The notes beneath the pieces were generated by a model. The model had not been told where the DNA came from, searched no databases, and saw nothing but the letters and a program-made list of their open reading frames with translations. Source: Octopus sinensis (Eukaryota). From it: 43,576 nucleotides of DNA. Location: the NCBI RefSeq assembly GCF_006345805.1, contig NW_021834974.1, positions 1-43,576 of the forward strand. Reading direction: 5' to 3'. A program made the translations under genes and the position numbers. Positions 33,047-43,576 of this stretch are shown in pieces; positions within the stretch are counted from its first letter, which is position 1; every line of letters begins with the position of its first letter.

Positions 33047-33485
33047 TTTGCCGCTGGTGGCAAATAAATTCTACGAAATTTTTTGCCACCCTATATTGAT
33101 TAATTATGAATTTTCTGGTTAATTCCGTAATGGAATCGGCGGCTTATATTTGCTGCCGATAAATTTGGCGCGAGTGCGATGATTTGAAAATTTTAGGTCA
33201 GATATTGCCGAGGCAGGGATAGAGGTGCCTCGTGATAATATCTGCTCGGATATGGCTGTTTCTTACTGACGAATCTATCGGCCTATGGAAGATTGGCTTG
33301 ATTTAATTTAATCAGGTTAGTTTACCATTAAACAATAGATGAAACGGTGCATCGTATAAGAAATTACAGGGTAAATGTTTTTTTAATTTTCTCCTGGTTT
33401 GCGGAATTGATGTTATTTTGCGGTTGAAGCTTTGGCTGTTATTTCTAGTGGGTGAATGGCCTATTATAGCCATTCCTTGATTGTG
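33047..33485 (+). mobile_element. Probable solo Penelope pLTR between TA microsatellites
   Basis: Contains the intact HHR and upstream hairpins (atcggcggc/gctgccgat; cagatatt..cgaggca/tgcctcg..aatatctg). Confidence 0.65.
33259..33363 (+). ncRNA. Intact type I hammerhead ribozyme with long stem II insertion
   Basis: tttctta-CTGACGA-atctat[56 nt, including gcttgatt/aatcaggt hairpin]atagat-GAAA-cggtgcatcg-TA^taagaaa. 7-bp stem I; near-palindromic stem III. Confidence 0.92.
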
Positions 33486-33527
33486 ATATATATATATATA
33501 TATATATATATACTTTTGCTAGCAAAA

Positions 33528-33561
33528 ACTGTCCGATGAACGGCAACGGAAAACTCAGAGT
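33528..33561 (+). ncRNA. Degenerate minimal hammerhead (CCGATGA core) in a pLTR-like stub 33512-33672
   Basis: actgt-CCGATGA-acggcaacg-GAAA-ac-TC-agagt. Confidence 0.5.
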
Positions 33562-33668
33562 AACAGATTTTGTTGAATTTTCTGCTGCTTTAAATAAAGC
33601 ATATTACTCTACCACTTTTTATTCGAGTACTGTTTTTTCCACCTTGTTTCACATTTATGTGTTTACTC

Positions 33669-33921
<253 letters not shown>

Positions 33922-35282
33922 TTAGTTACACGATTCGTTAGAATCTAGGCATATCAACAAGTAGGGCGCCTGTACTGGCTGGGTGCCATAGCATTGAGTT
34001 AACAGTAAGATAATACAGCAATTAGGTGTCTTTTGTTGGTAGTATACTGCAGGCATGTATATAAGTATGTATATACTTATAGGTACCAATTCCAATATAA
34101 ACTGTAAATCCAACTGAGGTAGTTTTACAGGTGTTGCGCAGGTATAAAGGAGGAACCAATCGTATTCGACTTCCTATACGTACATAGATACATATATATG
34201 TGTGAGTGTGTGTATGTGTATTTTGAATGATTGATAGGGAAGACAGTGTAATGTAAGCTTCATTAAGCACGACGATCGTTTCGGCCGCATTGTTTCATAA
34301 TATGTTACAGTGTTATAATATGCACATTTTACTACTGTGTGTCGAAAACCGGTGATGGTATGATACGTGCGTATAGTATCATACCAATAGTTCACAAATC
34401 CATTAATGTGGTAGGATGTATTGCATGTACATGTGCTCGCGCATACAAAGACACATACAGGAAGCCCGTAAATCACCATTACAATTGAAGAAATTCATAA
34501 CAAAAATAACGATATGAAAGCCAGGGTCCGTTTTAAATCAATAAGACAGATTTGCTCAAATTGGCCTCCGCGACAAGTGAGGGGCTTTGTGCCTAGAAGT
34601 GACCCGTACAAAGAGAATGCTCCGCACTAAGAGGGCGCCCCTCGTTTGAGCGAAAGACGCTATGGTGAATTTTTAGTATATGATTGTGGCTAATGATGGA
34701 GCTTCAAGCCCTCAAAAGCTTTTTGTCTGGAGACTTGCATACTACTCGAAGCATAAGACATCAGTCTTCAGCTTTTGTAGAATAGAGGGTCTCGGTGAAA
34801 ATTCTGTTATTAGGTACGGCACTTCCTAACGCCGGCTCTGATCTCAGGAGTCTTGACTGGGAAACATACGAAAACAAATTAAGTTCTATTAGAAATATCA
34901 GAACATTTCCACGTGGGCTCCATTTGTCGTACGCTATAAATAGATACAATAAATTGTAGAAATTCTAAACTTAATTTACAGACACACAGTATATTACCTT
35001 TTACGAGACAAGTGGTAATTGACTTTGAATTGTTGGTATGTTTGCTTTCATCGAACTGTGACAAAGCTCCGCTTATCTCAGAAGAAGAAAAAGCAACCTG
35101 ACTAGAAACTATATAAGCTCAAGACGAACTCAAGTGTACCACAATTTGGCGAAGGTTACCTGGCCGAAATTTCGAAGCCACAGTCAACACTCCATTTGTA
35201 AAAATATGATAAAAATGTACTTCATGAAAGGTATTGAGTACTCCGTCAGTTTAAGGTAAAATTAAATGCAGGCTCATTTGTA

Positions 35283-35741
35283 TTGGGTTGTCCGGAAAGT
35301 TCGTGCCGATTTATAGTAGCTTACCTTTCGATTTATTTTAGAAGATGGTTGAGTTCATAAAACAGGATTTGACTACACCTCCATTTAGAGCACATTTTAA
35401 GCTATCTTTTCGTGAAAGAAGGTTTATGTTCCTATAACCTGTGTTAATTCTGTAACCCTTTAAAATGGAAAATAAGGAAGTTCATTTTCGGCAATTGATG
35501 CTTTGGGAACCAGACAAAAATTGGTGCAGCTCGGCTGGGATGTGCTACCCCACCCTCCAAATTCACCAGATATTGCTCCTTCGGATTTCCACTTATTCAG
35601 GTCTCTGCAGAATAGTCTTAATGGCAAAAATTTCAATTCCTTGATGAATTCTTTGCCATGAAACCACCTCAGTTCTGGGAAGTGGGTATTTTCAAATTAA
35701 AGGAAAGATGGAGATGCATTGTGCAACAAAATGGTTCATAT
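35283..35741 (+). mobile_element. Internally deleted mariner, right TIR missing
   Basis: TA plus left TIR; same deletion junction ctttgggaa|ccagacaaaaa; LPHPPNSPDIAPSDFHLFRSLQ. Confidence 0.92.
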
Positions 35742-35779
35742 TTCTTTTCTTCCGCATATTTATATATATATATATTCCC

Positions 35780-36195
35780 TACCTATCTCCCCTCCTTCCA
35801 CGAGACCGGTGTCCGGCCAGACATGATGTTTCTCTCTTGCCCTGAATGTTGACCATCAACACGGCTTCTGTCCATCTGCCATGTTCCTGCCTTTCGGCTT
35901 TCACTTCATACACGCCAGCTCAATTCGATTCGTTCTCAGTCGAAAAACGCCTGTTGTTATTCCTTGTTGTTAGTATTCGTAATTGTGTACCATGTTCTCC
36001 ATTGTTTTTTGTCTTTGCTGCCGTATACATTCGCTAGCTTTCTTACAAAGGGGTCTAATGCTCTTAGCTTAGACTTTGGGTCAACCACATCGGACCATCT
36101 CAAGCGTAACTGCCCTAAACAGTTATGACTTCTGGTACTTGACTGAAGAAAGAAGGCCACGAATGACCCGTCTTTTTTTGCCTTTTTGTTCCATT
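35780..36195 (+). mobile_element. Diverged copy of the 31971-33034 family; decayed permuted HHR at 36027-36165
   Basis: caacacg..gtcgaaa..gtatacattcg..tctaatgc..gcttaga..atcgga..ATCtcaag..cttgaCTGAAGA..cgaatgacccgtc. Confidence 0.75.
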
Positions 36196-36280
<85 letters not shown>

Positions 36281-36315
36281 TACATATATACATATATACA
36301 TATATACATATATAC

Positions 36316-36408
<93 letters not shown>

Positions 36409-36596
36409 TATATACATATATGCATACATATTCATAATAATAAAATTATGAATAAACCAACTGTGCATAAGCACAAACTTTGAATGTTCAAATTCTTCAT
36501 TCTCCTTATTATCAATAACTATTATATGTATAAATTTCGTTTTTGTATTTGGTTTGCGAGATTCTTTATGTGAATTTGTGGGTTGAAGCAGATTTC

Positions 36597-36760
36597 ATTG
36601 TGTCTGAGGAGAGTCATTCTCTTTTAGTGCCCTATTATTTAACGCACTCACCGGTTCGATTTCCACTCATTTAGAAAGATATAACTTAATGAGGGGAACT
36701 CAAACAGGTGAATGTGTTAAGTAATAAGGCACTAAATGAGAATGACTCTCCAGACACAGT
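36597..36760. repeat. Palindromic MITE-like element abutting the mariner insertion
   Basis: tgtgtctg..gagagtcattctc.tttagtgcc.tatta.ttaac..cacc / ggtg..gttaa.taata.ggcactaaa.gagaatgactctccagacaca. Confidence 0.85.
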
Positions 36761-36764
36761 AATA

Positions 36765-37335
36765 TTGGGTTGTCCGGAAAGTTCGTGCCAATTTATAGTA
36801 GCTTACATTTCGACTTATTTTAGAACATGGTTGAGTCCATGAAATAAGATTTGACTACACCTCCATTTAGAGCACAGTTTAAGCAATCTTTTCGTGGAAG
36901 AAGGTTTATGTTCCTATAAACTGTGTTAATTCTGTAACCCTTTAAAATGGAAAATAAGGAAGTTAATTTTCGGCACTTGATGCTTTGGGTACCAGACAAA
37001 AATTACTGCAGCTCGGCTGGGATGTGTTACCCCACCCTCCATATTCACCAGATATTGTTCCTTCGGATTTCCTCTTATCTTATTCAGGTCTTCGCAGAAT
37101 AGTCTTAATGATAAAAATTTCAATTCCTTGGGTGACGTAAAAAGATACCTTAATAAATTCTTTGCCATGAAACCACCTCAATTCTGGGAAGAGGGTATTT
37201 TCAAGTTAAAGGAAAGATGGAGACGAATTGTGCAACAAAATGGTTCATATTTGGTTGATTGAAAATGTAATGGCAAGTATTTATGGACCTTTTTCTTTCC
37301 TTAGAAAATCGGCATGAAATTTCCGGACAACCCAA
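36765..37335 (+). mobile_element. Internally deleted mariner, both TIRs
   Basis: TTGGGTTGTCCGGAAA...TTTCCGGACAACCCAA; LGWDVLPHPPYSPDIVPSDF. Confidence 0.94.
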
Positions 37336-37375
37336 TGTATATGTATATGTCCGTTTTTCTGTCCTTGTTTCGTAT

Positions 37376-37518
37376 ACATTCGATCCCTTTTCCAAGAAAT
37401 CTAATGCTCGTAGCTTAGTTTTTCCTTGGGGCTGGCCGGATCGGAGCAATCTCAAGATTAATCAGCCGAAAATGCGAGGGTGATCCGGTTCTTGACTGAA
37501 GATTGAAGGCTTCGAATG
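37376..37518 (+). ncRNA. Candidate permuted hammerhead, copy 3 (solo repeat ~37350-37590)
   Basis: gccggatc-gg-agcaATC^tcaaga-ttaa-tcagccGAAAatgc..gatccggt-tcttgaCTGAAGAttga. Confidence 0.7.
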
Positions 37519-38459
37519 ACCCGTCCGTGATTTTTGTATCGTCTTCTGAATGTTTTACGTTCTTGTCCCGGTTTGTATTTTTCTACTACTATAATATATA
37601 TATATATATATATTATATATATCTTATATATATATATATATATATATACATATGCATGTATGTATGTATGTATGTATGTATGTATGGTGTCGTTTTACGC
37701 ATATTGTAATTGCATTTGTAATAATTGCTGAATGCATTTTAAAACTTCGTTCAAAATTCTTGTTGCTGTTGTATTGGCTGTTGCTGTTATCGAAAATTCC
37801 AATGATTGTAAGTAATTTGCGCCTTAGAAATAAAACTTAACACAAAACAACCATATAAATATATATATATATATACACACACACACACCACACACATACG
37901 CACATACACATGCATGCAAACGTGCGCACACACACATTAATACATACATACATACATACATACACACATGCATATACTCACACATGTATACGTGAATGGC
38001 GGGGTATGTCCGTATAGTAATTTTTAAGATCGTTATTGTTAAAACCTAACGAACGTACAAGAGTAACATGGAATTAGGAAAAATCATTAATGAATAAAGA
38101 TTAAAGTGGGACAATATCGTGCCTTCTATAAACATACACATAGACATACAGACATATACACACATACGCAGACACACAGACCCATATATACACTCACATA
38201 GGCACACTCATAGAAGCAGGTACATACGGACGCTCACATATATATATGTATACACCTATGTGTGTTTGTATACATACATATACATATGTATGTGTGTATA
38301 TGTCCGCGCGTGTGTGTGTGTATCATTACACACATATACGCATGTGTATACATTATATATATATATATTCATATAAATATAAACATGTATATACATATAT
38401 ATATATATGTATATATATATGCATGTATATACATATACATTATACGTGTAAATATATAC

Positions 38460-38502
<43 letters not shown>

Positions 38503-38931
38503 TATAAATATAAACATGTATATACATATTATATATATATATGCATATATGTACATATTTGTATATACATATACCTATACATGTACATATATACGTATTA
38601 TTTAGAAGTACGTGTATGTACTTTATATATATATAATTCAGATATAAGTTTATCTATGCATGTATATGTGTGTATGTGTGTCCATGAGTGTGTGCGCGTT
38701 GTGTGTATATGTGTGTGTATGTGTGTGTGCGTGTGCATGTGTGTGTGTGTGTGTGTGTACATGCACTAAGTACACAGCTACCTAATCTACGAGGTTCATG
38801 AAGTCACGACAGAGATTGAAAGAGAAATACTCGGGAGACCAAAATTGGCATCGGACATAAAAAGACGCGGAAGCAAGACCAAATCAGAATGTTTCTTTGA
38901 TAAACCACCGCTGTGACCAGCAGCGTCGACT

Positions 38932-40500
38932 CACTACAAACCACTACCACCACCACCACCACCACCACCACCACCACCGACGCCGCCACCACCATCACCA
39001 CCACCACCAACAACAACAACAACAACAACAATACCAACACGACAGCAAACACTATCACCACCACCACCACCACCATCATCACCACCATCACCACCACCAC
39101 CACCACCAACAATAACACCATTGCCACCACCACCACCACCATCATCACCACCACCACCACCATCACTACCACCACCACCACCACCAACAATAACACCATC
39201 GCCACCACCACCACCACCACCACCATCACCATCACCATCACCACCAACAACAACAATACCAACACGACAGCAAACACCATCACCACCACCACCAACTACA
39301 ATACCAACACGACAGCAACCACCACCACCACCACTACCACCATCACCACCACCACCACCACCAACAATAACACCATCGCCACCACCACCACCACCATCAT
39401 CACCACCACCACCACCACCACCATCATCACCACCACCACCACCACCACCACCACCACCACCTCCACCACCATCGCCACCATCACCACCATCACCACCACC
39501 ACTACCACCACCACCACCATCATCACTACTACCACCACCACCACCAACAACAACAACTACAATAACAACACGACAGCAGCCACCACCACCACCACTACCA
39601 CCATCACCACCACCACCACCACCAACAATAACACCATCGCCACCACCACCACCATCATCACCACCACCACCACCACCACCACCACCACCACCTCCACCAC
39701 CATCGCCACCATCACCACCATCACCACCACCACTACCACCACCACCACCATCATCACTACTACCACCACCACCACCAACAACAACAACTACAATAACAAC
39801 ACGACAGCAGCCACCACCACCACCACTACCACCATCACCACCACCACCACCAACAACAATAACACCATCGCCACCACCACCACCATCATCACCACCACCA
39901 CACCACCACCACCACCACCATCATCACCACCACCACACCACCACCACCACCACCATCAACAACAAAAACGGCAGGAACAATCGCAGCAACAACAACAACA
40001 ACCAATGATAATACAAATATCAGCAGTACCGTCACCACTACCACCATCACATCCAACTCTAATTCCATGACCACCACCAAGAACAACAACAACAACAACA
40101 CTTCCACCATGACGACAACCACCACCATCGTTACTAGTACCTCCATCATCCATTACCACAACCACCAGCAACGCCACCACCACCACTGCCATCATCACCA
40201 CCACAACCATCACCTCCATAACCATCACCTCCACCACCACACCATTACCACCACCTCTACAACGATTACCTCGACACCCCAATACCATCACCACCATCAT
40301 TAATGCTACCTTTACCATAACCTATCCAACACCACCACCACCACCAGCGCGATCATAGTTTTCCATTATCACTACCACCGCAGCCATCTTCCCTCCCCTT
40401 AGATCAACCACTACCACCACCGCCACCACGACAACCACTATCGTAATTACCACAATTACTCATTCATACCATAATCATCTCATCATTACCACCATCAGAA
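38932..40500. repeat. (ACC/ATC/AAC)n tract with higher-order duplications
   Basis: The landmark aactacaataacaacacgacagcagcc recurs 231 bp apart (~39555, ~39786). Confidence 0.95.
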
Positions 40501-40531
40501 CCATCAACTGTCACAGAACTTCTACTAGCGC

Positions 40532-40902
40532 TCATCATCATCATTGTTCGACCGTGGTCGAGACAATGGAATTTACCATGCTACGCCAGACTTCACGGTC
40601 CATCATGGCATTACGGAAGTCCTGTTGCTGGATGCCTGTATCCCTGGAAATTACATCAGGGTTGGGTAGGAGAGTGTGCGCCCTCTGGTATTGCGAGTAG
40701 ATGGCTTCCAGAGGAGAAGAGTAGAAATTACCTCTTTTTCAGCTCTACAACAATGTCCAGCAAACTGGACTCTCCTGCTTTTCACAAGAGATGACACAGG
40801 TGGTAGTTTCCCATATATTTGCATTTTGGTTGGATGGCGCTTCCACGAGAGATTTTGACCTCTCATAAGGAGGCGAACGTACGTTCCATCCAACCGCCTC
40901 TC
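40532..40902 (-). mobile_element. Second copy of the RTE 3' fragment
   Basis: ERRLDGTYVRLLMRGQNLSWKRH..., one frameshift near YP; (TGA)n tail. Confidence 0.92.
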
Positions 40903-41072
40903 ACGCAGCACCATTATCCATATCGTTTACACCATCATCGCCACCATCATCGCCACCATCACCATCATCGCCACCAACATGGCAGCTACGACCACAACCA
41001 CAAACACCCATCCAACACCACCTGCATCACCACCTAGACCCCCCCCCATTATTAGACCCTACCATTTATACC

Positions 41073-41486
41073 TATTTCTTTATTACCCACAAGGGGCTAA
41101 ACACAGAGGGGACACACAAGGACAGACATAGGTTTTAAGTCGATTACATCGACCCCAGTGCGTAACTGGTACTTAATTTATCGACCCTGAAAGGATGAAA
41201 GGTAAAGTCGACCTAGGCGGAATTTGAACTCACAACGTAACGGCAGACGAAATACCTATTTCTTTATTACCCACAAGGGGCTAAACATAGAGGGGACAAA
41301 CAAGGACAGACATAGGTATTAAGTCGATTATATCGACCCCAGTGCTTAACTGGTACTTAATTTATCGACCCCGAAAGGATGAAAGGTAAAGTCGATAAGG
41401 CGGAATTTGAACTCACAACGTAACGGCAGACGAAATACCGCTAAGCATTTTGTCCGACGTGCTAACGTTTCTGCCAGCCCTCCGCC
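41073..41486 (-). mobile_element. SINE family B subfamily, head-to-tail dimer with 7-bp TSD
   Basis: Units at ~41073-41257 and ~41257-41486; ttatacc at 41066-41072 and 41487-41493. Confidence 0.88.
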
Positions 41487-42708
41487 TTATACCATCACCC
41501 CACCATCCACCACCACTGATATGGCTCGATCTCCATCACCAACACTACCATCATCACCACCTCCACCACCACCATCATCGTCACCACCACCATCACTACC
41601 ACCATCGCCACCATTGCAACAATATCAACATCACCTCCATCACTAACGATACCATTACCAGCAGCGGTACCAATCCATGACCACCACCCCCGTCATAATT
41701 GTCATCTATATCACCAACACCACCATCCTCAACCATTTTACGACTATCATCAGCACCATCACCATCACCAGTCATAACACTACTACCAGCACCACCATGG
41801 TGGCGCTGGTAACTTACATCCCCACCACCACCACCACCACCGTCTCCAACCATACCCCCAACATTACCATCACCACCTTAACCACTATCACAACTGCCAT
41901 CACACCCTTACCACCGCCACTGCCATCTCCAAACATGAAACCACCACCACCACCAGCAGCTCCACCGCTATCACAACCATCAAACAACTAGCCACTCCAT
42001 CACCATTTTTGTGGGTCCCAGATTCTAAGCACCGAAGTTAACACAAAGCGAAACAATGTTCTTCAGGATAAATAAGATGGTGGATTTACGAACAGGAAAA
42101 GTACAAACCAATAACCCATGATGTTGTGTCTATCATCGTTCTCTGTACTTCCGGATCATGTGACTAGCATCACGTTGCTGTTGTTGTTATTGTTGTTGCT
42201 TCGCTTCATATCTAAATATTTTTCTGACAGCATTAGCATTTAAGTCGCAGAACACCCTACAAACATATGCACACTGAACGTAATTCTCGGGCGGTCTCCT
42301 GATGACACAGACTGTGACACAAAACTGACCCTTAACGTTACAGATACAATACTTGCGACAGGCTTCCGCACAATTTTCGTGGACCTAATGTCACTCACGT
42401 GGTATAGGTCCACCCGAGAATATAGTGAAAGACACCTGTCCACTATGCTTTCCTATTATATATTTCGCTAACCTGAAACATATGTATTAAAAAAGTTCAA
42501 AATATCACTGTTTGGTTTGACTTCATTATTACAACTTACTCATATTCATTCTTTATATCTGGACTTTCTTCCTAAATTAAGTTTCATGCTTTAACAAACT
42601 AAATTCTCAAAATCTCCCCGTATAAGATGATAGTGAGACCCTCTTCAACTTGGTTTTGGCTACGTTAGAGTTTCAGAGAGACTATATGCCATTATATGTT
42701 GCAGATAT

Positions 42709-43233
42709 CGGCACAGGATTGGCTGTGTGGTAGGTAGCTTGCTTACCGACCATATCGTTCCGGGTTCAGACCCGCTGCGTGGCACCTTGAGTGAGTGTCT
42801 TCTACTATAGCCTCAGACCGACCAAAGCCTTGTGAGTGGATTTGGTCGACGGAAACTGAAAGAACCCCGTCGAATATATATATCTGGAAATGTAATTTGT
42901 GACAATTATTCGGTAGCCATGATAAAACTCCGAGTTTTGGATGCTGACGTGGAATTCCACGCCGCCATCTCTTCAGTTATCTGGCCATACTTTTATATAT
43001 ATATATAAGTATGTGTGTGTATATCTTTGTGTGTCTGTGTTTGTACCCCCAACATCACTTGACAACCGATGCTAGTGTGTTTACGTCCCCGTAACTTAGC
43101 AGTTTCGGCAAACGAGACCGATAGAATAAGTACTAGGCTTACAAAGAATAAGTCCTGGGGTCAATTTGCTCGACTAAAGGCGGTGCTCCGACATGGCCGC
43201 AGTCAAATGACTGAAAAAAGTAAGAGAGTAAAA
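42709..43233 (+). mobile_element. SINE family A, full length, with a nested insert in its TA tract
   Basis: TGGCTGTGTGG / GGTTCAGACCC head and family 3' half; foreign segment at 42883-42994. Confidence 0.92.
42921..42981 (-). ncRNA. Hammerhead motif with mutated GAAA in a pLTR stub
   Basis: gataa-CTGAAGA-gatg..ggcgtggaattccacgtc..catc-c-AAAA-ctcggag-TT^ttatc. Confidence 0.7.
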
Positions 43234-43576
43234 GAGAGAGAATCTGTAGCTTAAAGCATTTCAAGATTTTTGCTTTTGTTTTAAAATATTTTGTTTGTTT
43301 GTTTTTTTTGTTTTTTCATATACACCAGGTTTTTCTGAGACGTGTTTCCAAGCTTGGAGCATACGTCTAATCATGTTGAAATTCTTCTGACCAACTATAA
43401 ATTCTTCTATCGCGTTCCGATCAAATTATGACGCAGGAAAAATAGTATTTGTTTGTTTCTTTACTTGTTGTTATTTATCAAATTTTGTTGTTTTTTTATA
43501 CAATACAAAAAGTATTAGAAACGAGAATGTATATTACTTTTTCTTGTATCTCGTCATTTTTTTATCAACTTTATAT

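Noticed and set aside
35064-35119. Hammerhead-like agct..tcag..ctga..GAAA..agct
   Set aside because: No recognisable CUGANGA; too decayed to call.
38913-40070. 385-aa Thr-rich (mucin-like) ORF and overlapping Pro-rich (extensin-like) ORF
   Set aside because: An (ACC)n tract lacks stops in several frames on both strands; no signal peptide or domain.

Overview
Eukaryotic, AT-rich, repeat-saturated DNA with no recognisable host protein-coding exon. The SINE set and the dense (TA)n/(CA)n/(TAA)n/(GAT)n/(ACC)n microsatellites suggest an octopus (cephalopod) intron or intergenic region (inference). Nearly all ORFs in the track are microsatellite artefacts. Real content: a 5'-truncated Penelope-like element (Naiad-like RT plus GIY-YIG, ~7.6-12.1 kb); a young R4/Dong-type RT-RLE retrotransposon with an open frame (22.8-24.7 kb) and relatives; RTE and CR1/L2-group LINE fragments; three tRNA-derived SINE families; a (TAA)n-targeting non-coding retroposon; internally deleted mariners; a 300-bp Helitron; and several foldbacks. 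The most striking signal is RNA structure. More than a dozen hammerhead-ribozyme (HHR) motifs sit in Penelope-type terminal repeats, including intact type I forms with long stem II insertions and recurring core variants. One four-copy family has the three hammerhead strands in a non-circularly permuted (pseudoknotted) order, with covariation between copies. All folds and alignments were done by eye and need computational and biochemical confirmation.
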